Under the pieces are notes generated by a model. The model was given only the letters and a program-made list of their open reading frames with translations. It was not told where the DNA came from and searched no databases. From a virus (lineage: Duplodnaviria; Caudoviricetes): a DNA stretch of 64,000 nt. Positions 39,260 through 50,047 of the stretch are shown piece by piece (positions within the stretch are counted from its first letter, which is position 1; every line of letters starts with the position of its first letter). The DNA lies in the IMG/VR virus record IMGVR_UViG_3300021255_004000, positions 1 to 64,000 of that record. One strand, given 5' to 3'. The translations under genes and the position numbers were made by a program.

Positions 39260-40021
39260 TTAATAAATGTTTGAAAGTGTTTTGATTTCGTTATCAAATA
39301 TCTCTTTAATTCCACGCATTTCACGGTGATAATCTTTAGGAGATATCTCCAAGTTTTTACAGATGGTTGCAACAGAGTCACGCTTCCCATCTCCAAACTT
39401 TGCACGAGTATTCCAAATCTTTACCTGTGTTGCATTGAAGCGCTTTGTCAAGCAGTTGTTTACAGCAGCCCAGAAAATCTTTTTCTCTGTCTGTTCTTCA
39501 TAGACTTTTTCTGGAGAGTTTGTTGTCAACTCATCAACAAGTAATGCAGCCTTGTTTTGAGTAAGATACTGACTTGAGTCGCCGTGCAAATCATTGCTGC
39601 CACTTGCCTGATTGTAGTCGGTAAGCATTTCATTTTTTGACTGTTCAATCAACTGCTTTGTGCGGTCACGATTGTAAGTCATCAAATAGCCCCAGTAAGC
39701 AGCATAAAATGTCCAAGTTCTTTTGCCCTGCTTGTTTGTCTTTTTTGGAATCTTTTCAAGTTTGATACTGTCCATAGCTTTTACAAGTTCAGAGTAAACA
39801 TCTGCTTCATAACTTTCAGTGATGTCGAAAATCTGATCTGTTGTAAAGTATGTCTTTTCGAGACGATGAACAAGATCCCACTTCATTTTGTGAGCAAGAT
39901 CAATGTACTGATTGTATGTCTGTTGCTGAAGTTCAACAATCTTTTTTGTGTCGCCTCTCTCCTTTGCAGTTACATAGTCAACTGCCATTTGATAATCATA
40001 AAAATCTTTAGCTTGCGCCAT
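39260..40021 (-). CDS. Phage-encoded sigma70-family sigma factor
   Basis: Region-2-like TFYAAYWGYL..NRD, SPE motif and region-4-like HTH SVATICKNLEISPKDY; GGAGG RBS before MAQAK. Confidence 0.7.
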   Translation of the reverse strand: MAQAKDFYDYQMAVDYVTAKERGDTKKIVELQQQTYNQYIDLAHKMKWDLVHRLEKTYFTTDQIFDITESYEADVYSELVKAMDSIKLEKIPKKTNKQGKRTWTFYAAYWGYLMTYNRDRTKQLIEQSKNEMLTDYNQASGSNDLHGDSSQYLTQNKAALLVDELTTNSPEKVYEEQTEKKIFWAAVNNCLTKRFNATQVKIWNTRAKFGDGKRDSVATICKNLEISPKDYHREMRGIKEIFDNEIKTLSNIY

Positions 40022-40511
40022 CTTCTGTTCCTCCAAGATTGATTGTGACTTCTACAAGACGACTGTTTATCCAGCCATCTTTGTATTCACATGCACAATC
40101 GAATCCTTTGAGTTTCAGAAGGATAACAATCATTTTTCCAAGTTCAATAACGTCCTCTTCAGGAACGATATTTTCCTCAGTTTTCTGAACAACATCGACC
40201 TCTTCATAATGGTCTAATTTGTCTTTTCCTTTTCTGTCTTTTGCATAAACAGGAACTCTTTCTTTCCACTTTTTCTCCACAGGAACTTTTTTCATATTGA
40301 CATAGCCTTCAAGATAGAAGTCATCTTCATTTTCATTGTCAAAGCTAACGGTTAAACCGTTTGGAGAACGAATCATTTTACAAGCGCTTCTTGTGATTGC
40401 TGCATCAAGCTCTTTCAAAAGAGTGTTGTACTCAGGGTGGTCATTGAAAAACTTTTCAACAATCGACCAAGCATTGTTTCTGATGTCAGTTGCTGTGCAA
40501 AAATCAAACAT
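40008..40511 (-). CDS. Hypothetical protein
   Basis: Coupled ORF in an early operon. Confidence 0.7.
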   Translation of the reverse strand: MFDFCTATDIRNNAWSIVEKFFNDHPEYNTLLKELDAAITRSACKMIRSPNGLTVSFDNENEDDFYLEGYVNMKKVPVEKKWKERVPVYAKDRKGKDKLDHYEEVDVVQKTEENIVPEEDVIELGKMIVILLKLKGFDCACEYKDGWINSRLVEVTINLGGTEDGAS

Positions 40512-40711
40512 TACTCAGCCTCCTCAACAAAAAAGCACTGTGGATTTTCTGCATAATACTCGTATGCAGCAAAAGCTTTATCGCCATAAACTTCATAAGC
40601 AGACTTGCCGTAAGCTTTTTCAACAAGAGCCTCAAAATCTGACCAAGTGAACTCTTCAGCAAATGCAGCGACACTCAAAGACATCAAAATTGCAACGATA
40701 AGCTTTTTCAT
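40511..40711 (-). CDS. Small exported protein with Sec signal peptide
   Basis: MKKLIVAILMSLSVAAFA-EE (AxA cleavage site). Confidence 0.7.
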   Translation of the reverse strand: MKKLIVAILMSLSVAAFAEEFTWSDFEALVEKAYGKSAYEVYGDKAFAAYEYYAENPQCFFVEEAE

Positions 40712-40725
40712 TTTTAACCTCGGAT

Positions 40726-40756
40726 TTAATATAAAAGAAAAACCAGGGAAGTTCAA
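40726..40756 (-). promoter_or_regulatory. Early promoter overlapping the upstream terminator hairpin (40741-40768)
   Basis: TTGAAC-N17-TATATT; drives the operon containing the sigma factor. Confidence 0.7.
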
Positions 40757-40783
40757 TTTTCCCTGGTTGTTGAAAACTGTTGC

Positions 40784-41092
40784 TTAAGCCTCAACATTTA
40801 CAGTTGCGGTTTTTGCAGCCTTTGTTGCTTTCTTTGCTTTAGGAGCCTTTGCAACAGGAGCAGTCTTTTCTGAGTTGATTACGAGAAGAGTTTTGCCGTT
40901 TGCCATCGGGAAGCGAGAAAGTCCTTCGCGGTCAACTGATGTGTTGATGTAGTTTTTGTACAAGTTGTAGCGGCTTACTCCGAGCTCTGCTGCAGCTTCC
41001 TTGAGGGTAAGGTCATTTTTGTAGTTTCCTGAACCTTCCTGAATTGCGAGTGCTGTGTTGAACTTGCGAACGATCTTAACTGTCTTTGCCAT
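40784..41092 (-). CDS. Small basic DNA-binding protein (HTH plus histone H1-like K/A tail)
   Basis: LTLKEAAAELGVSRYNLY; KAPKAKKATKAAK; GGAGG RBS before MAKT. Confidence 0.7.
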   Translation of the reverse strand: MAKTVKIVRKFNTALAIQEGSGNYKNDLTLKEAAAELGVSRYNLYKNYINTSVDREGLSRFPMANGKTLLVINSEKTAPVAKAPKAKKATKAAKTATVNVEA

Positions 41093-41157
41093 ATTAGGCC
41101 TCCTTTGTTGTTGCGGATCTTTTCCTTTCCGCTTTTTGTTGGTTTTTTGTCGGTTTG

Positions 41158-41194
41158 ACAATAATAATATAAAAGACCTGATGCAAAAGTTCAA
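41158..41194 (-). promoter_or_regulatory. Early promoter TTGAAC-N17-TATATT
   Basis: Conserved copy. Confidence 0.8.
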
Positions 41195-41211
41195 AAAATA
41201 TGAAAAATTTT

Positions 41212-41262
41212 CCCACTTTTTTAGCTATATGGGACAATATAAAATATAATGAAAAATGGAAT
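41212..41262 (+). repeat. Dispersed intergenic element, copy 3 (inverted)
   Basis: CCCACTTTTTTAGCTATATGGGACAATA core is the exact reverse complement of copies 1 and 2. Confidence 0.85.
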
Positions 41263-41294
41263 TATTTTACTAATTCTATTATAAGAGGATAGTA

Positions 41295-44200
41295 ATGTTA
41301 TCAACAAAGCAAAAATCTGACTTGTTATTTAAGCATTATCTTGGTGCAGGTTCTACTCGTGATAATCGTGAGTTTTTCGAGGAAGCAATTAAGTCTTCTT
41401 TTGTTGTAAGACCTGACCAGTTATGGACTTATTCTGATAGAATTCCTGATGGTACTGAAGCCACAGGTGGAAAGGACAACATTGAGTACATTATCAATAT
41501 GGGCCTTGATGGAAATGACCCGATCTTTTACCATTACATTAGCGAAGATCAAGATAAAGTTCCACTTGTAAAGAGATACATCGACTTGCCTCTTACAATG
41601 ATTGACAAAGGAACTGACAATGCATTCTTGATTGCTGATGAAGATGGAAATCAAATTAAAGACATCATTCCTTTCAACTATTGTGAAGAGTATTACAACT
41701 ATGTTCTCAAGACTGCTGATGGTAAACGCATTCCTTTTGGTGTAGGTGACTGGAATGTTGATACATACTCAGGTATCGTTACTTTCTATGGTGAATTGCC
41801 TGATGGTGTAGATCACGAACATCCGCCTTTAATATCTTTTTACCAGTACATTGGTGGTAACGGATTCCGTCAAGATACTTATGGTTATGATGGTGCAATT
41901 CTTCCTCTTGATAATGTTGAAATTGCTGCAGGTTCTTGTGCGATAACAAATGGTTCTGAAGGTAGAACTCTTTATGAACATATTGTTGATAAAGCAAACG
42001 AAATCCAAAATGACTTCGTTGATGTATTTGGTTGGGACGGCGCAGACAAAAATGAAGGTATTGCTCTTTCATTTGAGAAAATAATTCCTCTTACTTATAC
42101 ATCAAATCAGGATGCAGTTAAAGGTTATGACCAAGCATCTAATTCTGAAATTGGTACATTGCTTTCAAACAAGACAACCAACTTTGAAGCAGATGACAAC
42201 TATGAAATCGTATTTGCTTCTCAGAAACTTGACCCAACTGCTGCTTACAGAATTGAAATTGCTGAAGGTGTTGCAACAGGATTTGAGAATGATGTTGCTC
42301 AAGATCCTGTAAACATTACAGGTAACGAATGGGGACTTTACAAAGTTTGGTTAAATGACCACGCTTTTGTTGTACTTAAAGTTAAAAATCCTGAAGATGA
42401 AACATTGACATTTACAGTTTCATCAAAGAACAAAGTAATTACTGCTTTGCTTTTGTATTGGAGCGACCAAGACAAACAGTATCAGCCATTCCTTCCAAAA
42501 GAGGACTTGCTTGGTAATTTTGGTTTCCCAGTTGTTACTATCAACGGTCGTTTACCTCCATCTGTTCAGTTGGGTACTGCTGCTCTTGCAACATTCTCAG
42601 ATGTTATTACACCTGATTATTATGGTCCTCGTACATTTGCAGTTGTTATCGCAAACGAAGATGGGACTGATGTAAAGTCAGCTGATTACATTGTAAAGAA
42701 CAAAGAAGATTGGTATCTTAATGACATTCTTGAACAGATTAAAACAAAATATGGAAAAGACCTTAAAGGTACAATCTATTTAAGAGCAGGCCATTATATC
42801 ACAAATGGTGACCTTGACATTTCAATGTTCACAAATGCAATTATCGAAGGTGACCATTTTGCGACAACAATCGATCTTGGTGGACACGCTTTGATAGTTA
42901 AACCTGAAGAAGGAAAGATTGCTGAACTTTGCCACACAAAACTTGCTAATGTAGGTAGTGTTGATATTTCTGCAAAAGGTATCGCAATTCTTTCAGATTT
43001 GGATCTTTCAGGTGTTGACATTGAACTTGAAGCTTATAATTCAGGTAAAGTGCTTGTTCGTTCGGTTTCTGCAAACAATGTTCATATCTTTGGTGAACAG
43101 GATGCTGAACTTCCAAATGTTGACATCAAGAGTTCTTACCTCAACAAAGTTACAGTTGAAAAGAACAAAACATATTTGAGCAATAACACAATTAACGAAG
43201 TTTCTGTAGCAATTCCTCCTGCTGATACAGAAGACAACACGATGGTACTTCGTGGAAATGTTATCAACACTTTGGCAACAAAGTATGATGACTTGTTTAT
43301 TGACAACAATATGATCTTCCGCTATAAAGGCATTGCAGGTTCTGCTGCTAATCAGATTCCTGTAGGTACACCTAAAGATCATACAGTTTTGAACAGTAAT
43401 AAAGATGAGTTGACAACTACAGGTCGTTTCCCTATTTTCAGTAAGGACGACTTCTTGCATATGAAATATGCAGAGTTTGCTTCACCATTCAATTACAACA
43501 AAACAGAAAATATAATTGAACTCCTTTATGATACGGGCGTTCTTAAAATAGTTGATGGTAAACTTACAACAGTTATTAAGTCTGACAGAATTGCAATGTC
43601 AGAGGTTGTGTTTGACCGTCACGAAAACTCTGAACTTGACCCAGTAATTTATAACAACTCACATACATTAAATGATGTATTCAAACACATTTATATGTGG
43701 AAGGCAGACCTTGATCCTAACGGTAAAGTACCGCTTCAGGAATTGCCTGACAGTGTCGCTTATGGTGGTTTGTTATTCGTTGGTACTTGGTCATTTGTAA
43801 ATAACAGTGGTAAATATCCAACTTTCAATGATGCACAAATAAGTTTCAGTGAAGACAAAGTTGTAAATGAATTACAACCTGGTTGGTTCTTCATCGTTTC
43901 AGAAGCTGTTGATACATCTGATACAGATGCAGACAATGATACACCAGTTGCAGAACAAATTGCTGAAGATGGTGTTAAGTTTACTGCTGGTGACTGGGTA
44001 ATTTATGAAGGTAAAGAAAAAGCCACAAAGACAGTCGATTGGTCAAAAGCTGTTACATTCAGAATTGGTGATTATATCATCACTAACAAGAATATGCTTG
44101 CAACTCTTGGACAGACTGATATTTTCCAAATCCTTACTGCTGATACAATCGACAGTTTTGATGATGAAACAAACGGCGGTGTTGTAATTAAGAAAGGTAT

Positions 44201-46154
44201 TGTTTCAACAACACTTAATGCAGTTGAAGAAGTTGCAAATGTTTTGAAGAAAGACTTTGACATTACAACTCTTGAACTTGACTGTACATATAACACAACT
44301 GAAGGTAAAGCAAAGTGGGTAAAGATTGACCGTGCATATTCTGATCCAACATACTCACCTTTACCATATTATGCAAAGGTACCTGAGGTTGAAAACCTTG
44401 ATTGGTATTGGAAAAAGAACAGAAAAGGCGGTGCTCTTGACTTAAGCGGCGATACAATTATTGAAGCTTTTAAGAAAGTAAACGATGAGTTGAGAAAGTT
44501 GCAGCCTAAGAAACCAATGTACATTGGTTCTGTTCCTTTTGAAATGATGAAAGAATATGACACTGTTTCTTACAGAAATTACAGAAATGGTGTTATGGGT
44601 TCTGTTGTTACTCGTCTTGATTCTTCAAAAGTAAAATCTTTTGATACTCAAACAAGATGCTTACCTGACGGCACAAGAACATATCAAGAATTGATTTTCT
44701 TTGGTGATGAAGCAAAACTTACAGTAAATGTTGACAACACTGAGTATGAGTTTATTGTAGGTGTTGATAAGCCTGCACAGGAACAAGGACCTGTATATGT
44801 ATCAAAAGCAACAGAGGCAATGACATATGCAGATCACGGCGAAGGTTACTGGCAAGGTATTTATATCGTTGTAAAGAATGATAACCTCAAAGATGGTGTA
44901 CATACTGTTCACGCAACAATCGACGATGTTAAAGTTATATATGATGATAAGACAGATACTTGGCAGTTCCAAAACGATTATGCAGGTTCTTCAAATGTTG
45001 TTACATACAACACATTTACACCATACTTCCCAGCAAGCGTTGTAAAAGTTGATAAGACTTATGTAGGTATTGCTGAAGTTCCTATTGCAGATTTGGCAAC
45101 CGCTGATATGTGTTCAGGTATTCGCAAAATAAACCTTGCAAACTTCAAGAAGATTTCAGGTATTGAACTTCGTCTTGACAAAATATATAAAGATTGGAAT
45201 GTGCCTGCTGAAAAACTTGCTGAAGTTAAAGTTCTTTTGAATGATGACCCAGAAAAAGTACTTTGTGAATCAACTGTTGCTGATGATTATATCGAACTTG
45301 AAGACTCTGGCGATGGCGTATATCAGAACTTGCATTTGGAAAACTTTGAAATCCCAGTTACTTATGAAAACAAAGATGACATCTTGCCTTATTCAACAAC
45401 TTTGGATTTCTACATTACAGTTTATGACTTGTACAATGAGCCACACGAGATAAAGTTTTACTCATACACAGGTGTTCGTTTCGACCCAACAACAGAAGAT
45501 GAAAGATGTAAAGCAGGTAACCTTGATGAAAACTCTTCTTTCAAGGATCTGCCTAATTCATTCGGCGGTCTTTGGTATTCATCAGCAACTTGTGTTGAAG
45601 AACTTACAAAGATTGGTGAACTTGTTGATGGAAAGCCTGTAGGAGTTTATCAGCAGCCACAAGAAACATACTGGGTTGGCACAGGTTCACCTGCTCCTTT
45701 CAATCCAAAAACAAGTTGGAAAGGACATCAGTATGGCGAAGACTTCTATGGTGTTGCTTGTTTCAACATTGGCCACATCGAAGATGCAACAGGATTTGTG
45801 TTCAAAATTGAAGGTCTTGAAAAAGACTTGAAGAATTATACATTTGATAAACTCAGCGGTTCTACTAATGATGTTATTCTTCAGGTTTGTCTTGTTGACC
45901 CTGATGAACTTGAACACGCAAATGCAAAAGTTACTGCATTCCTTGATGCTGATAATCCTTATGATGGCTTCACACCTGTAAAAGAGAATGTATTTGAAAC
46001 ACCAGTTATGTATGCGGGTAACTCAACTGCAACTGAAAAGCGCGTTACATTCGGCCGTAATAAGATACTTTCTGGTGATGTATATGTTCGTATTGGTATC
46101 AAAAAGGATTCAGGACTTCGCTTTACAGGAATTAAGTTGGTAGAGGAAATATAA
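41295..46154 (+). CDS. Large tail fibre/spike protein with beta-helix region
   Basis: 1619 aa; GTIYLRAGHY...IEG pectate-lyase-like start; KADLD.NGKVP..ELP fibre motif. Confidence 0.65.
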   Translation: MLSTKQKSDLLFKHYLGAGSTRDNREFFEEAIKSSFVVRPDQLWTYSDRIPDGTEATGGKDNIEYIINMGLDGNDPIFYHYISEDQDKVPLVKRYIDLPLTMIDKGTDNAFLIADEDGNQIKDIIPFNYCEEYYNYVLKTADGKRIPFGVGDWNVDTYSGIVTFYGELPDGVDHEHPPLISFYQYIGGNGFRQDTYGYDGAILPLDNVEIAAGSCAITNGSEGRTLYEHIVDKANEIQNDFVDVFGWDGADKNEGIALSFEKIIPLTYTSNQDAVKGYDQASNSEIGTLLSNKTTNFEADDNYEIVFASQKLDPTAAYRIEIAEGVATGFENDVAQDPVNITGNEWGLYKVWLNDHAFVVLKVKNPEDETLTFTVSSKNKVITALLLYWSDQDKQYQPFLPKEDLLGNFGFPVVTINGRLPPSVQLGTAALATFSDVITPDYYGPRTFAVVIANEDGTDVKSADYIVKNKEDWYLNDILEQIKTKYGKDLKGTIYLRAGHYITNGDLDISMFTNAIIEGDHFATTIDLGGHALIVKPEEGKIAELCHTKLANVGSVDISAKGIAILSDLDLSGVDIELEAYNSGKVLVRSVSANNVHIFGEQDAELPNVDIKSSYLNKVTVEKNKTYLSNNTINEVSVAIPPADTEDNTMVLRGNVINTLATKYDDLFIDNNMIFRYKGIAGSAANQIPVGTPKDHTVLNSNKDELTTTGRFPIFSKDDFLHMKYAEFASPFNYNKTENIIELLYDTGVLKIVDGKLTTVIKSDRIAMSEVVFDRHENSELDPVIYNNSHTLNDVFKHIYMWKADLDPNGKVPLQELPDSVAYGGLLFVGTWSFVNNSGKYPTFNDAQISFSEDKVVNELQPGWFFIVSEAVDTSDTDADNDTPVAEQIAEDGVKFTAGDWVIYEGKEKATKTVDWSKAVTFRIGDYIITNKNMLATLGQTDIFQILTADTIDSFDDETNGGVVIKKGIVSTTLNAVEEVANVLKKDFDITTLELDCTYNTTEGKAKWVKIDRAYSDPTYSPLPYYAKVPEVENLDWYWKKNRKGGALDLSGDTIIEAFKKVNDELRKLQPKKPMYIGSVPFEMMKEYDTVSYRNYRNGVMGSVVTRLDSSKVKSFDTQTRCLPDGTRTYQELIFFGDEAKLTVNVDNTEYEFIVGVDKPAQEQGPVYVSKATEAMTYADHGEGYWQGIYIVVKNDNLKDGVHTVHATIDDVKVIYDDKTDTWQFQNDYAGSSNVVTYNTFTPYFPASVVKVDKTYVGIAEVPIADLATADMCSGIRKINLANFKKISGIELRLDKIYKDWNVPAEKLAEVKVLLNDDPEKVLCESTVADDYIELEDSGDGVYQNLHLENFEIPVTYENKDDILPYSTTLDFYITVYDLYNEPHEIKFYSYTGVRFDPTTEDERCKAGNLDENSSFKDLPNSFGGLWYSSATCVEELTKIGELVDGKPVGVYQQPQETYWVGTGSPAPFNPKTSWKGHQYGEDFYGVACFNIGHIEDATGFVFKIEGLEKDLKNYTFDKLSGSTNDVILQVCLVDPDELEHANAKVTAFLDADNPYDGFTPVKENVFETPVMYAGNSTATEKRVTFGRNKILSGDVYVRIGIKKDSGLRFTGIKLVEEI

Positions 46155-46157
46155 TTT

Positions 46158-47006
46158 ATGGATAAGAAGTACACATCTAATGTTGAAGACAAAAGATTAA
46201 ACATTGAAGAGCAACCTACAATGGGTCAGCATATTCTTCCCCAGCAAATCTGGAGAGATGGTGCTCTTATCCCCGGTTCACCTGATGATGTAAAGTTTAA
46301 GTCACCTGAACTTATTGATGGTGTTGCTGTTCAAACATCTTACTTTAATGATGGACAAACTGTTCATCAGCTTATACAGAAAATAAATCGGTTGCCACTT
46401 ACAAAAGTAAGAGGAACAAAAAATGTTTACTTCAATGAAGAGTTGAAAAACATAATCGGACGCGAGTTTGACAATGATCCAACTGATAAAAAGAAAAGTT
46501 GGCAGTACATCATTTATTCAAGTAAAGGTGAACTTGCTTATGGTCTTGGTGATCCAATAGTTGATGTTGCAACAGGCCACTTGTTCTTCCGAAATAAAGA
46601 TTTCGTTGAAGCAATCGATTCTGATGAGTCATTTTATATAACATTTTATAAGTATGTTGGTCGCTTCGGCTTTATGGGCTCAGGTGACAATGAACAGGAT
46701 GCATACGGCGGTCTTGACTTGCCTTTCCGTGATGATATAAAACATTTCAAAGATGCTGACAATGATAACCGCACAGCAACAATTCAACTTGAAGGCGCTG
46801 AAGGAAATACAATTTATGTGTTGCCAAATGCTGCAGAAGTTTATAATGATGGTAATGTTGTTATTGATGAATATGGAAAGTCAACTTCAATCAACAAGAA
46901 CTTAGGTACTGTTATGCTTCAGGAAAACTATCAGGAGATCGATTGGAACATTGGCTGGCATAACGGTGGAGTGTGGTTGCCTGATGGGACCGTTAGGAAG
47001 AACTAA
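46158..47006 (+). CDS. Virion protein paralogous to the N-terminus of the 41295 gene
   Basis: Shared P.Q.W, LPLT, G.GD..VD...G...F and FY.Y.G motifs. Confidence 0.65.
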   Translation: MDKKYTSNVEDKRLNIEEQPTMGQHILPQQIWRDGALIPGSPDDVKFKSPELIDGVAVQTSYFNDGQTVHQLIQKINRLPLTKVRGTKNVYFNEELKNIIGREFDNDPTDKKKSWQYIIYSSKGELAYGLGDPIVDVATGHLFFRNKDFVEAIDSDESFYITFYKYVGRFGFMGSGDNEQDAYGGLDLPFRDDIKHFKDADNDNRTATIQLEGAEGNTIYVLPNAAEVYNDGNVVIDEYGKSTSINKNLGTVMLQENYQEIDWNIGWHNGGVWLPDGTVRKN

Positions 47007-47023
47007 TTATCTAAGAGGATAAG

Positions 47024-50008
47024 ATGGCAGCAAAGATTCAAGTAGCAAGAGGTGACTTAGTAGGTAAACAAAGTGAAAAGCCTTTAGTACCTGCTGAATT
47101 ATTTTGGCAAGCAAGAACCTCTGATGATAACAATAAAGATGATTCATATGCAAAATGGGACGAAGGTACTTTATACATAGGCCGTCCTTCTTTGAATATG
47201 AAGAAGATAGCTGAAAAGCCTATCCCTATTGCAGGAGCAAGAACATACTTTTCAGTTGTTCCAAGAGGATACTTATCAGAAGAGTCATCAATAGCAGATC
47301 CTATTTTCAAACACGCAAGTGTAGGTGACCTTTATATTTTTGCAAATGACGCTAAAGAAGGCCAGTTCCATAATGTTGATGACTTCCGTAAAGATGACCT
47401 TTTACTCATTCTCGATATAGGCGAAAGCAATAAATCTCCTTACACAGGTGAAATAATCAATCAGTCATTGATTAAGTACAAAAGAATCAATTCTTCTGGT
47501 GGTTACGCTGATGATGTTTATTTTACTCAGAACGGTAAAGAAGACGGAGACAAATGGGCTGGTTTTGATGCAACAAATGTTCAGGACGCATTGCTTGAAC
47601 TTAACTGGGAAAAAGGACAGTATTGTGGCACAATCGGCTCAAACGCTCAGATTCCTGTATTCCCAAAAGTTGTAATTGGCGGTGTGTATCTTGTAACAGC
47701 TGACCAACTTGCTTTCAACACAGGCATTGAAGGAAAAGAGTTTTCACCTGATAAAGGCGACTTCGTATTCTGGAGACAGCCTGTAAACACTGACCCAACA
47801 TCAGGTTACTGGGTACAGATTCCTAGTGGTTATACAAATGCTGATGAAATTGATTATTATGACCACGATGACGATGTTGACCTTTACATCAGCAAGTTGT
47901 TCTCAACATTCACAGATGATCATAAAACTCATTTCAAAGAAAGCAGCAGCAATGTTCGTGAAATGCTTGACTTCTTGATGGCAGAAAAAGCCCAACTTGA
48001 CGAGCAGGGAAAAATCCCATTATCACAGATGCACGACACAGTTCTTGGTGCTTTGCAGTTTCGTGGCGTTTGGAATCCACTTAAAACAGATATTAAAATC
48101 GAAGATAACTTAGATACAGTTGACGGTAAACAATATGTAAAAGAAGGCAATGAGTCAATAGTAAATCCTTTGCCAATGTTGAAAGAATATACTGATGGTG
48201 ACACAACGGGAATTACATATCAAGGTCTTAATGACGGTGATTATTATGTTGTTCAGACACAGGACGATGTTCTTAACCTTCAATACAAGTTTTATAATGT
48301 TGACTTTGAGTTGAACACTGGAGACTGGATTGTTTGGCAGTCTTCACAAGTTGAAGATACTACTTCTGATGGCACAATCCACACAAATGGCTTCTGGAGC
48401 AAAATTGACAACACAGACCGCATCTCTGCAATGCAGTACAAAATTGATGTTTCAAACAGAAACAACTTCTTTGTAACACGCGCTGTTGATGAAAGCATTT
48501 TGACTTTAGTTGGTACTCCTAAACTTGTAGGACAGAATAAAATTGGTCTTGAGTTCCTTGGCAACAACACAGTTGCAATTACAGGCCGCGGACTTATTGA
48601 CCAACTTGAATATGAAAACCCATTACCAAACTTCCTTGTAAGATATGATAATGCAACTGGTACAGTAAAGAACTCATTCATTGAGGAAATTGGCGGTCAG
48701 TATGACAATCTTCCAAACAATGAAAGAACTGACCACATCAAGGACATCAATTCAGACAACTTGACTTTGATACATTCAAATCTTCAGGTTGGTGATGTTA
48801 ACGAAGTAAGACATCAAAAAGTTTTCGGTAACATTACTTTGGCTCCTCATATTACAACATCTCTCGATAAAGTTACTTGGGAGAAATCTGTGTTCCAGTT
48901 TGAGGTTGATGCTACAGATGAAGATGGTAAAATCAAACGCCGTACTGTAAGTCTTGTTGCGCCAAGCGGACTCCGTAATGATTTGGGCTATGGTGTAAAC
49001 GAAGACATTGCTGATGTTGAAACAAACATCATTCTTCCTGAGCATACATCAACTTTAGTTGGTAAACTTGCAGGCGTTGAGTTTGAAGAAACGCGTCTTC
49101 TTAAGTCAACAACTGAAGGTTACGCTGAAAGTACATCAATCGAAGAACATATCAATGCGGAAGATTCGACTGAAAACTATCACGACAGCATTCATAATAT
49201 CATTGAGTTCCATTCACAGGTTTCTGCACCAATTCAAAACTCTTATGAGTACTACTTTGGTGATTGGAACACATCTGAAGAAGGCGCTTATTATGATAAT
49301 GACGACTTCGATGAAAATGGTAAACTTGCAAGAAAGTGGGCAAAAGAATTCTTTAGCGCACGCCTTGTAAAAAATACACATCAGATAAACAGCAACATAA
49401 CTGTTATGTTACCAACGAAGAGCGGCTCTTTGATTACAGAAGAGTTTGTTCAGGATTTGCTCGGTAAAGACGACGATACTTATTTGACAATGTTTGGTGT
49501 TTCAAAAGTACTTGACACTGGCAATAAGATGAACACTTTGCAGAAGTCGCCTTTGAGACAGATTCAGAATGCACTTCGTACTCGTTTGCTTGCTTCAAAA
49601 GTTGAACGCGAGAATGAAGAAGAAAAAGCAAATCAGCAGCAAATCATTGCAGAAGCAACTGCTGATGAACTTGCTCCTTCAAGAGATGATGGCACATTCA
49701 AGCCTACAACTGATGTAAAGGTTGCAGATACAGTTATTGAAAATGACCTTGTCGCAGGTGTGTTTAATGAAGATGGTTCTATCAAAGAAAAGAAGTCAAT
49801 CTTTGCAACTCGTGCATTGGGTGTTTCTGACCCAGATTATGGTACAGGAATCATTCAGGCAGCAAGACAAAACTTCCCTGATGCAGAACAGTACTTTGAC
49901 CCAGTTACAGGTGAACCTACTGTCCCTACTGATGTTGTGGTTGATATGCCAAATGAAAGCGGCGTAATGTTGACAAGCAACTCAGTTATTTCAGGCGGCG
50001 TTTGGTAA
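47024..50008 (+). CDS. Tail fibre protein
   Basis: IQVARG N-terminus; TNVQDAL; KAQLDEQGKIPLSQM; GDWIV; C-terminal GGVW. Confidence 0.65.
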   Translation: MAAKIQVARGDLVGKQSEKPLVPAELFWQARTSDDNNKDDSYAKWDEGTLYIGRPSLNMKKIAEKPIPIAGARTYFSVVPRGYLSEESSIADPIFKHASVGDLYIFANDAKEGQFHNVDDFRKDDLLLILDIGESNKSPYTGEIINQSLIKYKRINSSGGYADDVYFTQNGKEDGDKWAGFDATNVQDALLELNWEKGQYCGTIGSNAQIPVFPKVVIGGVYLVTADQLAFNTGIEGKEFSPDKGDFVFWRQPVNTDPTSGYWVQIPSGYTNADEIDYYDHDDDVDLYISKLFSTFTDDHKTHFKESSSNVREMLDFLMAEKAQLDEQGKIPLSQMHDTVLGALQFRGVWNPLKTDIKIEDNLDTVDGKQYVKEGNESIVNPLPMLKEYTDGDTTGITYQGLNDGDYYVVQTQDDVLNLQYKFYNVDFELNTGDWIVWQSSQVEDTTSDGTIHTNGFWSKIDNTDRISAMQYKIDVSNRNNFFVTRAVDESILTLVGTPKLVGQNKIGLEFLGNNTVAITGRGLIDQLEYENPLPNFLVRYDNATGTVKNSFIEEIGGQYDNLPNNERTDHIKDINSDNLTLIHSNLQVGDVNEVRHQKVFGNITLAPHITTSLDKVTWEKSVFQFEVDATDEDGKIKRRTVSLVAPSGLRNDLGYGVNEDIADVETNIILPEHTSTLVGKLAGVEFEETRLLKSTTEGYAESTSIEEHINAEDSTENYHDSIHNIIEFHSQVSAPIQNSYEYYFGDWNTSEEGAYYDNDDFDENGKLARKWAKEFFSARLVKNTHQINSNITVMLPTKSGSLITEEFVQDLLGKDDDTYLTMFGVSKVLDTGNKMNTLQKSPLRQIQNALRTRLLASKVERENEEEKANQQQIIAEATADELAPSRDDGTFKPTTDVKVADTVIENDLVAGVFNEDGSIKEKKSIFATRALGVSDPDYGTGIIQAARQNFPDAEQYFDPVTGEPTVPTDVVVDMPNESGVMLTSNSVISGGVW

Positions 50009-50047
50009 GAATAATTAAAACATATACTAATTTATAAGAGGATTAAA

